From positions 620,001 to 684,000 of the forward strand of contig OY253669.1 in assembly GCA_958009085.1 (NCBI GenBank): 64,000 nt of DNA, written 5' to 3'. A program made the translations under genes and the position numbers. This stretch comes from Protoeuglena noctilucae. Lineage: Eukaryota. Below, piece by piece: positions 23,710-37,210 of this stretch (its first letter is position 1; every line of letters begins with the position of its first letter). Under the pieces are notes generated by a model that was not told where the DNA came from, made no database searches, and was given only the letters and a program-made list of their open reading frames with translations.

Positions 23710-26700
23710 TCACGGGGCAGTCAGATTAGAAGGCGGAGGAGTCGGAGTCGCCGGCGCTGGGCTGCCACCCGTTGCAGGGGTGGCCGCGGTCGTGGGCCCG
23801 GGCGTCGGGGCTGCAGGAGTAGCGCCCGTCGTGGGTCCGGGCGTCGGGGCAGCTGGGGTGGCCGCGGTGGTGGGCCCAGGCGTCGGGGCTGCAGGAGTAG
23901 CGGCCGTCGTGGGTCCGGGCGTCGGCGCTGCCGGGGTGGACGCCGTCGTGGGTCCGGGCGTCGGGGCAGCTGGGGTGGACGCCGTGGTGGGCCCGGGCGT
24001 CGGGGCAGCCGGGGTGGACGCCGTCGTGGGTCCGGGCGTCGGGGCAGCTGGGGTGGACGCCGTCGTGGGCCCAGGCGTCGGGGCTGCAGGAGCAGCGGCC
24101 GTCGTGGGTCCGGGCGTCGGGGCAGCTGGGGTGGACGCCGTCGTGGGCCCAGGCGTCGGGGCTGCAGGAGTAGCGGCCGTCGTGGGTCCGGGCGTCGGGG
24201 CAGCCGGGGTGGCCGCGGTGGTGGGCCCAGGCGTCGGGGTTGCAGGAGTAGCGGCCGTCGTGGGTCCAGGCGTCGGGGCAGCTGGGGTGGACGCCGTCGT
24301 GGGCCCGGGCGTCGGCGCAGCCGGGGTGGACGCCGTCGTGGGTCCGGGCGTCGGGGCAGCTGGGGTGGACGCCGTCGTGGGCCCAGGCGTCGGGGCTGCA
24401 GGAGTAGCGGCCGTCGTGGGTCCAGGCGTCGGGGCAGCTGGGGTGGACGCCGTGGTGGGCCCGGGCGTCGGGGCAGCCGGGGTGGACGCCGTCGTGGGTC
24501 CAGGCGTCGGGGCAGCTGGGGTGGCCGCGGTGGTGGGCCCGGGCGTCGGCGCAGCCGGGGTGGACGCCGTCGTGGGTCCGGGCGTCGGGGCAGCTGGGGT
24601 GGCCGCGGTGGTGGGCCCAGGCGTCGGGGCTGCAGGAGTAGCGCCCGTCGTGGGTCCGGGCGTCGGGGCAGCTGGGGTGGCCGCGGTGGTGGGCCCAGGC
24701 GTCGGGGCTGCAGGAGTAGCGGCCGTCGTGGGTCCGGGCGTCGGCGCTGCCGGGGTGGACGCCGTCGTGGGTCCGGGCGTCGGGGCAGCTGGGGTGGCCG
24801 CGGTCGTGGGTCCGGGCGTCGGGGCTGCCGGGGTGGACGCCGTCGTGGGTCCGGGCGTCGGGGCAGCAGGAGTGGCGGCCGTCGTGGGTCCGGGCATCGG
24901 CGCTGCCGGGGTGGACGCCGTCGTGGGTCCGGGCGTCGGGGCAGCTGGGGTGGCCGCGTTCGTGGGCCCGGGCGTCGGCGCAGCTGGGGTGGACGCCGTC
25001 GTGGGCCCGGGCGTCGGGGCAGCTGGGGTGGACGCCGTGGTGGGCCCAGGCGTCGGCGCTGCCGGGGTGGACGCCGTCGTGGGTCCGGGCGTCGGGGCAG
25101 CTGGGGTGGACGCCGTCGTGGGCCCAGGCGTCGGGGCAGCCGGGGTGGACGCCGTCGTGGGTCCGGGCGTCGGGGCAGCTGGGGTGGACGCGGTGGTGGG
25201 CCCAGGCGTCGGGGCTGCAGGAGTAGCGGCCGTCGTGGGTCCGGGCGTCGGCGCTGCTGGGGTGGACGCCGTCGTGGGTCCGGGCGTCGGGGCAGCTGGG
25301 GTGGCCGCGGTCGTGGGTCCGGGCGTCGGGGCTGCCGGGGTGGACGCCGTCGTGGGCCCAGGCGTCGGGGCTGCAGGAGTAGCGGCCGTCGTGGGTCCAG
25401 GCGTTGGGGCAGCTGGGGTGGACGCCGTCGTGGGTCCGGGCGTCGGGGCAGCTGGGGTGGACGCCGTCGTGGGCCCGGGCGTCGGGGCAGCCGGGGTGGA
25501 CGCCGTCGTGGGTCCAGGCGTCGGGGCTGCAGGAGTAGCGGCCGTCGTGGGTCCAGGCGTCGGCGCTGCAGGAGCAGCGGCTGTCGTGGGGGTGGGGGCG
25601 CCCGGGGCAGCGGGGCCAGCAGGCGTGCTAGGTGTTGAAGAAGGGGTGGGGTTGGATCCCGACGGAGGGTCTGCAAGCGATGTGTCACGGCTCAGGTGTT
25701 CAGGCCAGTGGTTATGCCACTGGCATTCCCACGGCTACAAACCGATGTGCAGAAGTCTCACCTGCGTTGATCTGCCCGGTGCTTGAAGCTGGTGTGCCGG
25801 ACGTGGGAGTGCTGGCGGTGGAGGCTGGAGTGCTTCCGGTGCCGCTCGACCCTGTGCTGCTCCCACTGGCACCATCAGTGCCGGTGTTGGTCTGGCCATC
25901 GCCCCCGGTCCCCGTCGACCCGCTGCTCCCACCGTCGCTGCTTCCTCCGGGCAGCAGCGTCGAGAGATCCTTCACAGCGTACGTCACGACGTCGCCCCCA
26001 AACACCTTGCTCACGGACGGCCCGTACTCGCGGATTTTGGAGCACGTCTTCCCGATGTACGTCATGGGCGGCTTGAGGGGCTTGACTGCGAGGGAGGCAG
26101 ATATGGCTGTGCTTTCCCTCTCCTCATGGCCGCAATGGCATGTGCACCTGCTGAGCCTTCCCCACCCTCACCGCAATAGGCCGGGGTCTTGACGAGGACC
26201 AGCTTCGCCGGGGTGCACACGACGTCCTTGGTCGTTCCCGAGGGCCCTTGCACCTCCACCACGTCGCAAGACACGGGCGTCAGTTGGATCTCGAACGATG
26301 CGCCGACGCTGCGGGGGACGGCGCCAGCGCGGCCCTCGCCCTGGTTGCTGAGTGCTGTCTGAGTGCCCGGACAGTCGCCCGCACTCACCAGTACGGCAGC
26401 ACCAGCCCCTGGTAGTAGTCGGCCACGACCTTGCCGCAGTTGGACGTGCACTGGCTGCCGAGCACGTCGCCCAGCGTGATGACACGGTCAGGGGGAGGGA
26501 GCTCATGGGTGTTCTGCACGCCGACGAGGTTGCCTGCGAGAGGGGAGGGGCGGGTGCAGGTCGGGAGGGGCAGGGGCTTGCAGATGCATGACAGTGTAGG
26601 TGTGGTCGCGCGTTCGGGAGGCCATGATGTGCTACATTATGGCAACAAAGGACGGACATTACGCGAGACGGGCAGCTTGTGCTGTGCGTATGACTCACCG

Positions 26701-27446
26701 AAGATGACTTGGGCCGGCTCGCAGGCGTGGTCGACGGCCTCCTGGACGTACGACATGAAGAGCGCCTGGGGATCTTGGGACGCCTGGAGAGCCGCGACCT
26801 CGGTTTCAAGCTGGTTGAGGCGATCCTGGTCTCGAGACAAACGGATGGGTCCTTGTGAGATGCCACATCTCAGAGTTTCACACGCATTTACCACAGTCGA
26901 TACACCACTTGCCTGGAAGGGGTAGGTGACGCCAGAGTCCAGGCCGGCATTCTGGAACGACGCAGACCATGCCTGGAAGCGCGCCTGCACGTCGGGTGGC
27001 AGCCTGCGCGACAAAGCTGACCGGCAGTCGTTGGTGGCCAGGCGTGTCACTTGCAATTGATGCGTGCGTGAACGCACGAGCCTGCGCGGTTACCAGGCCG
27101 ACGGCGATGGATCAGGGGTGGCTGGCGCCCCGCTTCCAAACAACCAGGACCCCAGCGAGCGACCTGCCCTGCTCGGTGCGGGATTGCTGTGAGCGTTGCC
27201 GAGCACGTCCGACAGCTGCACGGGCCAAAGATGCGGGGGCGGTAAGATGTGGGGATTTGAACAGTCGCGCCTCTCGCGTCGCGCAAACACAGCTCGTCTC
27301 CGTCTCCGATGCTGCGTTCTCACCGCGCCAACAAAGTTTACCACCGCCGCGGACAAATCGACGTCATTCTGCCCTGCGTTCGGCCCAGCAGCCGCCAGGC
27401 CTATCCCGGCGAGGCACAGAGCCACGAACAGGGCTCGCGCGGGCAT
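23710..27446 (-). CDS. Secreted glycoprotein: Cys-containing N-terminal domain plus a long Pro/Thr/Ala mucin-like stalk
   Basis: Signal peptide MPARALFVALCLAGIGLAAA. Several exons carry Cys residues (DHACEPA, SQCTSNCGK, PVSCD...VVCTPAKL...PAYC, GKTCSK). The final ~2 kb exon, entered at GCA G|AC CCT (~25670), encodes (PTPGPTTA[S/A]TPAA)n. Confidence 0.85.
23775..25590 (-). repeat. 39-bp coding minisatellite, about 46 copies
   Basis: Unit of about gtcgtgggtccgggcgtcggggcagctggggtggacgcc on +. Variation is mostly at synonymous positions of the minus-strand PTPGPTTASTPAA frame. Confidence 0.95.
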
Positions 27447-27690
27447 GGCTCGCGCTTGCTACGACGGAATCTATACGGGGAACTGTTGCGAGAGGCCGCA
27501 GGAGCCCGGCGACGTTCGACGCGGGCGGGCCGCGGGGATCGGCACACCCGAAGCGTGGGCTTCACCGACTGCAGTGGCTGCGCCATCTGCACCGACGAAA
27601 TCGGCGAGGGGGCTTTCACCAAGGCAAGGCACGAGCCACCAAGCCCACACTTGCTTCAACATATCCAGCACAGACCTGCCCCAGCAACAC

Positions 27691-28625
27691 TTAAGTGACA
27701 GGGGAGTTAGGGAAGCGCGAGGATGTCAGGGCGCCCCCAGAGCACATCATCACCAGGTCCTTGAACCGGGCGACCTTGTCGTCGCCCGTCTTCAGGTCCT
27801 GCGGGCACGTCCGCTAGCAATGCTGAGGCCCTCATTCCCCCTTCGCCAGCCACAACTGCAAAGACGGCGCCCCGGCCACCTCTCTGCATCTCCTCCCTCA
27901 CCTGAGAGACTGCCTCCCAGGCCTTCTTCTTCTGGACCTTGTTGGGGGCCCACGCCTCGGGCTGGGCGGGCTCCAAGCCGAACCAGACGCGCTCCCCGAC
28001 CTTGGCGCCCTCGGGGACGACGAGGGGCTCCACCTCCGAGTGGTCCGGGTTGGACGTGCAGAGCAGCATGCCGTTGGAACGAATTCCCCTCATGTTGCGT
28101 GGCTTCAGGTTGGCCACAATCACCACCATGCGGCCCATCAGGTCCTCCTTCTGCGAGCGATAAGACACCGATGCCCACTCGCACAGCACTCACACGTTGC
28201 AAGGGAAGCCAGGCCACCACGCTGGCTGCGCACTCGCCTTGCAGTACTTGACGAGCCCCGACACGATGGTACGCGGCTCGGCCTCGCCAACTTCAATCTG
28301 CTCCACATACTGCGGGTGGGGGCGAGACCTGGCTATACTCGGATCCGACGCGATGCGCGCGAAACCCCCTCCCTCCTCACCGCCTCCCCGGGGGGCTGAA
28401 AGGGCAGGCCACTCGTGCTGCGGTCCTGCTCACCAGGGAGTCGGCATCCGGGTGGTCCGCGACCTCAATGATGCGTCCGACTCGGAAATCCATAGTCGTG
28501 TGCAGCGGCTGCTCGTCGGAGTCGACCCCAGCGGACGCCTCGGCCGTCTCCGTCGCCTGCGCACGCACCAGACACCTCCTTGAGCGCCTAGGATCGCTAA
28601 ACCACATGACAGATATTCCTGCCAT
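27691..28625 (-). CDS. Stand-alone tRNA-binding OB-fold protein (EMAPII/Arc1p-C/MetRS-C-like), probably organelle-targeted
   Basis: DFRVGRIIEVADHPDADSL|YVEQIEVGEAEPRTIVSGLVKY and ANLKPRNMRGIRSNGMLLC, EPLVVPEGAKVGERV, NKVQKKKAWE. Transit-like RRSRRCLVRAQA. An alternative in-frame ATG lies at 28793. Confidence 0.88.
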
Positions 28626-29282
28626 TCCAGTCGACAATGATATTACCTCCGCGCGGGTGATGAACGTGACTCCCGCGTCTCTCGTCCGCCGAGCGCCATC
28701 AACACCACGAGGGATTATCTTCGGGGCAAGAGGCCGGAGCGGGTTTAAAACCTCGCTTGCAAGCACGCGCTGGATAGATCTGATACTAAGCATGCTCTGG
28801 CGACCACGCGCATGCGCTACAATCAACACGACGGGGCAGACCAGCCTCTTGCAGCGTTGCGGGCACCTGGTTCGCGCCCAGCCTTGCGGCGCGCGGCACC
28901 GAGCGGGCATGGACTGCCAGCGATCGCGTGCACCGAGCGCAGGTGCTCATCAGCACCGCCGTGCTTAGCATAGCTCCTCCACTCCAGTACAGACTAGGCG
29001 AGGAACGCGTGCACCGGCCCAGGGCACGCACGAGCAGACCAAGGACTCCACCGCTACGGATTTGGTAGTGCGCACATCTGTCAGGCAATGCTGCTTAGAC
29101 TAGCTCCACAACGCACGTGACGGAAACCGTAAGAACCTGCATTTCCAGGTCCAGGTCTTCGCCGTTCATTCAAATCCTCAGCAAGCGTTACGTGCCATCT
29201 GGCAGCAGCCTTCTCGGCGGCAATCTCGACGGGGCAGGCATCGGCGCAGGCGCGGCGTGCAGACGCCTGCAGCGCCGCAGTT

Positions 29283-30875
<1,593 letters not shown>

Positions 30876-31318
30876 CCGGAGGATCCGGCAACGGACGGCC
30901 TGCAGGGGGGGGTCGAGTGCCGCAGGGGGACCTGCGCTGCCTCGCCGCGGTGCGAAACGAAACGCGGCAGTGCCTGTGTGCGCGGCATTCTCGCAGAACA
31001 TGCGGAGATGTCCGCTGCTCGGCGCCCCCGGACAACCGTAGGTAGCGGCTACAAAGACGCGTCGCGCCCCCATCTGCTCAGCATGTGCCGGCGCGGGCGG
31101 CGAGAGAAGTCAGGGGGGTCACGACACCGCAAGTGAGGGCATAGAGGCTCGCGCCGGGACGTCGGAACTCCCACACGAGCGGCAGCGTCGGCGCCCACGA
31201 GGGTCCCCGTGTGCGGGCGAGGCAAAATCGGCAGCCACGGCAGGCGAGGCCGCGGAGATTCCCCCGGAGATCACATCATCCGCATGTATGCGAGCAATTC
31301 AGCGTCCTGCACGCCCCC

Positions 31319-32920
31319 ATGCGCAGTTCGTCCTCACCACGGCCTGGCGGAGGCCATCATCCTCCCCCAGCGCACACCGCAAATGCTCCACCAGCGCTCC
31401 GGGGCCCACGCGCGCTCGAGAATGCCGAATGCTCCACACAGAACTCGTCTGATGACGCCCCGACGACAGACGGCGCGCCGCGGTCGTCCCGGCCCGACTG
31501 GGGATGCCCTCCGTCAGGCAAGTGAGTTTCGGCAGAATCCTCCCTCGCTTTGAGTCTGTATTGGCACCTCAGAGCTCTGCAGGGCGCCCATAGCTGGCGG
31601 AGATGGCCATCGCGCCTCATGTGGCGCCTGCGTCTGGGAACGGGCGTCCCGGCGTGTCGGCGCGCGGCACCATGTAGGGCAGCGGCTGAGCTCACCCACG
31701 CAACAGCGAGGGCGTGGATGGAAGGCGTGGACACGTTTATACTGGACTGTGATGGCGTGCTGTGGCGCGGGTCAGAGCCTCTCCCCGGCGCGTCTGAGGC
31801 GGTGGCTGCCTTGCAGCGGGCTGGGAAGCGCGTCTTGTTCGTTACCAACAACGCATCGAAGTCGCGCCGTCAGTACGTCAGCAAAGTGAGTGGACAGAGG
31901 GGTGGGTCGCTGGGCAACACCTGCCACATATCATCGCCACAAGTCCCAGCTGCTGCTACTCCCTCACCGCAGCTAGCGAGCTTCGGCATCCAGGCGGCCT
32001 CGGAGGACATCGTGGCCGCGTCTTTCGCAGCGGCAGCGTTTACAGCTCAGGCTTTTCGCTCCCAGGCGAGGGGTGGATGGCATGCACCCGCCCAGTCTGG
32101 TCTGGATCGAGGCAGGGCGACGCTGTTTGTGCCATCGCTGCAGTATGGGATGCACGACCGGCGCAAGGTCTTCCTCGTCGGTGACATTGGTGTTGAAGAG
32201 GAGCTCCGGCAGCATGGGCTGGACTTCGTGGGAGGGCAGAGCGAAGAACCGGCGGGCATGTCCGTGTCAGAGCAGGCGAGGGGTCTCGTCAACGTGCCAC
32301 TGCGCATGCTGCGCGCCGTGCCTGGCAACACCCACCCCACCCACGGCACGTCCACAGATGCGCTACGAGCTGGACCCTGCCGTGGGCGCCGTCGTGGTCG
32401 GGCACGACCCCACCTTTACGTACCGTAAACTCTGCCTGGCAACGATGTACCTGCGGGAGCGGCCGGATTGCCTCTTCGTGGCCACCAATCCCGACGCCGC
32501 CGACCGCATCGACGGGGACCGCTTCATGCCGGGCACTGGCGGCTTGGTCGCTGCTGTCGAGGCAAGGCAGCCCTCTGGGCGTTGCAAACAGAGTGTGGTG
32601 CCCCATGCTACGGTGCGCTGAGACCAGTGCTTGGCCACGCTTCGCAGGTGTGCTCGGGGCGGAAAGCGACCGTCGTCGGCAAGGGTGGGCCGTGGCTGGC
32701 GCCCTTCCTGATCGACTCTCTGGGCCTCGATCCACGTACGTGTGCCGTGGTGGGTGACCGCCTTGACACGGACGTCGCCATGGGCAAGGACGTGGGGATG
32801 AAGACCCTCCTCGTCCTGTCAGGCGTGGCCACAGAACGGGAAGTCCGGGAGGCCCCGCCAGGCCTCGCCCCTGACGCGTGGGCCGACTCTATCGCGGTGC
32901 AGGCGCCGCCCCTGGCGTGA
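31319..32920 (+). CDS. HAD-IIA phosphatase (phosphoglycolate/4-nitrophenyl phosphatase-like)
   Basis: FILDCDGVLWRG, LFVTNNASKSR, FVATNPD, VVGKGG and VVGDRLDTDV...LVLSGV. Five introns, three with GC donors. Confidence 0.9.
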
Positions 32921-33111
32921 AACGCGCTCGAGCTACGCGGCCGTCTCCCTCTAGTGCCTCCAGACTGGCGGACCAGCGGGTAGGGTCTTGAGGGTTCCCT
33001 ACCCATCCTCTCTAAAGCAAGACTCTTTGAATGTCTATCGGCATAGCAGAGCAATGCTCTCTGCAGTGTGCCAAGCATGGTCTTCTTAACTTGTTGCTCC
33101 TAATTCCCTTC

Positions 33112-36100
33112 ATGGCCCACTCGGCGAGCCCGGATCTCCCCACGGCTTTGGCAGAGTCGCTGGACGAGCTCGCTGCATTGGTGCACCGTCTGCTGATCCG
33201 CAGTCCCGAGGCTTTCTGGAGCGAACAGACCGTCGAGGTCGGCGCGTCGCTTGGGAGGTTCACACCGCGCGCCTGCCGAGCCTTCTTCGCACAATGGGGC
33301 AGCTTCTTCCCACCTTCTCCGCGCAGGAGGCTCTGGAGAAACTCCCTCACATAAACGCGGAAGGGTTTCGCCGCACCGGCCTCGCGCGCGCGATCCTGGG
33401 CCGCATCATCGACACCAGCGCGGTGCAGTGGGACCACCTCCCGCAGCACCTCGTACCCACGACGAAGGGAGCTGTTGTGGTGGAAGATGCGAACCTGCTG
33501 CAGCTCCTAGGGGAGCTTTCGAGTGCAGCGAAGACCGCGGCGGGTGAGAGGGGGGCCGATGCCACGCGTCACGTTGCTCTGTACCCATTTCGGCGCATGC
33601 AGAGATGACCTGCTCGGTGACGCTGCGTCGCACGTATGTCCGCAGCCGAGGACGTAGCATCACACCTGGAGGGGGCGATTCGGGCAGTGGCCGCGTCCGT
33701 CACCGGGCGGGATGCCCGCCATGTACCGGAAAAGGCGCCGCCATACGCACTGGGCGAGGACAGGGCGACCGATGCGTCCGCGGTGCAGGGGCAGGCAGAC
33801 GTGTGGAGGGCCGACAGGGCGTCGGACGCATCCAGCAACGTCGATTTCCGGTGGGCGCGTGCCTTTGTGCTGCTCGCAGGCAGGCTCGGCTGGACCCCAT
33901 GCCCGCTTTGGCGTGTGTCCTTGTCTTAAGCTAGACAGGGCGGATCTCTTGCTCGCAGAGACCCCGTGGCCGACCACGTCTCAGCGCTTGAGGCGCTGCT
34001 GTCGGGCCCCAACACGGCAGAGTCCCAGAGTGCGCAGCTCAAGGTCCTGTCCGAGCTGGCGCTCCTTGCACCGCCGGGCACGGCGCTCGTGGACGCCCTC
34101 TGCGAAGGGCCTGAGTGGGGCAGGTGTGTGAGGGACTATGCGTCCCTGTGACTGATGCATCAACATACCATTGTGTCTGTTCACATTGCACGTTTAGCTC
34201 TCGCGTCCATCCATGTGCGGGCGTGGTGTCACCCTCTTCCCTGACCTTGCTTCCTTGCCCCAGGCTGTGCCCGCTCCTGGCCCGCTGCGTGGCGCTGACG
34301 GATGCCGACGTGAGCACCCTGGCATGGCAGCTCCTGGGTCTCCTGTCCCTCGGACCTGGGGGCCTCGTCCTCGAAGACGCCCCGCACGTCATCGACCTCC
34401 TGGCAGCCGTGGCAGAGGCGCTCTCCGCCGCTCCTGGCGAGCCTTCCGACACGAGCCGGGGTGCCGGTGGGGCCGGCCCGGCCACGCCGTCGAGCGCTGC
34501 GGTGCGGCAGGCGCCGCGCGGCGACAGGGACGCCCGCCCGGGCACCCAGGGGGGCGAGGGGGAAGCTCCGGCGTCGTCGAGCCACGAAGGCCCCGGCCTC
34601 CCCGCGGCGCTGCTTCACGCGTGGCTGTCGGCGCTCCCGCGGCAGTGGCCCCTTCTGGACGGCGCCATGCAGGGCCGCGTGTGCCGGGCCGTCGCGGGGG
34701 CCCTCGCTGGGCACGCCACCGGGAAGCGCACGCTCCTGTCCGCCCTCGCTGCCACCCACCCTGACATGCCCTGGCTCCATCGTCTATCCGCCACTCCCTC
34801 CATCGCCGCGACTCTCTTCCGCGCGTTTCTCGCCTCCGGTCTGCTTTCCGCCTGCGCCGCGGCCGCCCTGGGCACCGACCGCGTCGTCCCGGGCCCCGGC
34901 CCTGGCCTGCCACCCACGCAGCCCTCCGCAGCTGACGGGGCGGCCGCAGTGCCTCCCGCGTCGGACCTCCCGCAAGACCCGGGCCCCTCTGCTCACGTCA
35001 TCGCTGCAGCCCTGTCGTGCCCTGCCGGCTTGCGCGCCCTGGCCGCCTGCGTCCCGCACCTCCGCGAGGTCTCTTGCCGCCCTCCAGTTGCTGCGGCGGA
35101 TGATGATGGTCAATCCCCCGCAAACGCGGCGCTCCAGGGAAAGGCGGCAGGGGCCAACGGCGGCGCGGGTGTCAAGCTCGCACCCGACGATGCGCGGCCT
35201 CTGCCAGACGCAGCGGTTCTGGCGTTGTGTCGGGGAGCGTTCCCAGAGGGCATCCCCGACCCCCTGACTCCGCACTGGCTCGCGGCGCTGGCGCACCTGT
35301 CCCCCGTCCTGCGCCTGTGCGCGCCCGGCACTGTGGCCCGTGCCACGGCTGCGGTGCTGGAACCGATCGGGACGCAGGCACGCGAGGCGCTCCTCTCGCC
35401 CGCATGCAAGGGGCCTGGGCAGCTCGATTCGCAGCGGGGCGAGTCGCGCCATGCCGCACGTGGGTTGGGCCGGGGCGGGGAGTTGTGGCCGTCGGGGGTC
35501 GCAGGGTCAACGGGGGCGGAGGGCGCGTGGCTGACGCGCCAAGTGGTGGGGCGGGCGGCGCAGATGCTTCGGCGGTGGTGCGAGTCCGGCTGGCTGGAGC
35601 TGCCGTTTGCTGCCCCCGGATCGTCGTGGCTTCGGGCGGAGGCGTGGCAGGGTGACAACGACGACGGGAGGCACCTGGGGGGGGACAGGGGTGGATGGGG
35701 GGACGCGACCGAAGGACCCCAGCCTGAGGCGGGCGAGACATCGGGCCAGGTGGGACAGAAACGGTCGCAGGGGAATGCGACGTCTGCGGTGGGAGGGCAC
35801 GCTGCAGCACAAGGCGTGGCGCAGGCGGAGGACAGCCCGGACGGCGTGGATGCCGTGGCCCGCGCCCCGCTCTGTCCCCGGGAGGCGATGCAGGGGGTGG
35901 TCCTGGCAGGGCTGTCCGAGGCCATGAGTCTCTGGGCCGACCCATCCAAGGCCGGGCGGGTCCCGGAGCTGCCGCAGTTCCTGACCGCCGCCGTGGAGAT
36001 CTGCGACGTCTGCGCAGGCAAGGGCAGCTGCGTTGCATGCGTGGGGTTATCGGAAACCAGGGCCGGGGTATCGCACTCGGCTGTTCTCTTCCATCAACCC

Positions 36101-37081
36101 GACGTCTCTAACCCCCGCAGCTCCGTGGTCCGTGGCGGAAAAGCTCCTATCTACGGCCACGGCCATCCTGGCAGAGCCGCCCCCTCCCTCGGACCTCCCC
36201 CCGCCGTCCCCGCGCCCGCCCCCGGCAGCTCCTCCCCCGCCGCCCGTCATCCGCGCGGACATGCACGAGGTCCAGGCCCTGGCCTCGGCCGTCGCCCTCG
36301 GGTGCGTCCGGGCCCACCCGACCGCCGCCGTGTCGCAGATGGGTTCCCAGGCGTGGGCGCGTCTTCTGGACTGCGTGGCAGTGGACCTGGCGGCCCTCGA
36401 GAGGGGCCAAGCGGGCCTGGAGCCGAGGGTCGCAGGGGCCATGCGCGCGCTGGCCGCTGCCGCGGGCAGCCCCGGCGTCCCCGCCTGGGCGGTGGCGGCG
36501 CTGGCTAACAGCCGCGTGCCACGCGCGGTGCTGTCGCAGCTGCGGGGGGCGCTGCTGAGCCCGCGTCTGTCGGAGTCGGTGCTGGAGGACGACGCGCCCG
36601 CGACTCTGGTGCGCGGATGCGTGACGCGAGCCGCCGCCCTGCTGGCCTGGGGCCCTGCGTTTGTGGGGACGGTCCTGAGGGCCGACGCGCCTGCCCGGTT
36701 CATGCTGGCGGACCTGACGAGGATTTTCCGGTGAGGGCAGAGGGTTCTCGCAGGGCCTCGCAAGCGTCCGCCGCACGTGGGATATGGGCCATGCCCTTGC
36801 AGGCGCACCGCCCTGGCCGTCGACCCTGCAGGTACGGCACGCTGGGGGGCGAGCACCCAGACGATGCGGCGCTGGCCCAGGAGGTGCTTGCGGCGGTGCT
36901 GACCCACGGCCTCATCGATGCCGAGTCTGAGGCGCTGCTGAGGAACGCCCTGCGTGGAGAGGGGCAGGCTGGCGGGCACGGCCGGGATGCGTGGGCGGTT
37001 GGCGAGCCTGGCGAGCACCTGGGGAGGGAAGTGGGGGCGCTGCGGGTGCGTTTGCGCGCGTGGGTGGAGGAAGTGATGTGA
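33112..37081 (+). CDS. Large unknown Ala/Leu-rich protein (possible helical-repeat scaffold)
   Basis: Long exons (e.g. ~34264-36017 and ~36120-36729) joined by phase-consistent introns. Starts MAHSASPDLPTALAESLDEL and ends LRVRLRAWVEEVM*. No family recognised. Confidence 0.65.
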
Positions 37082-37210
37082 AGTAATTTGATTTGTTGGC
37101 CCCACTTAAAGAACCTGACACGGACTTGCGGCACGTCAGAGCAGCGCAATCACCTTGAAAGCCTGGTCGATCCCGGGATCGAGATATGACGCGCGGGGGT
37201 TGAGGATTGG

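Noticed and set aside
23775..25590. Possible CRISPR array
   Set aside because: The units are head-to-tail with no unique spacers, there are no cas genes, and the context is eukaryotic coding sequence.
23780..25786. 668 aa elastin-like (VGPGVGAAG)n ORF on + and 655 aa Pro/Arg ORF on -
   Set aside because: These are shadow frames of the 39-bp minisatellite. Only the PTPGPTTA frame is linked by in-phase splicing to a signal-peptide gene and shows mostly synonymous variation.
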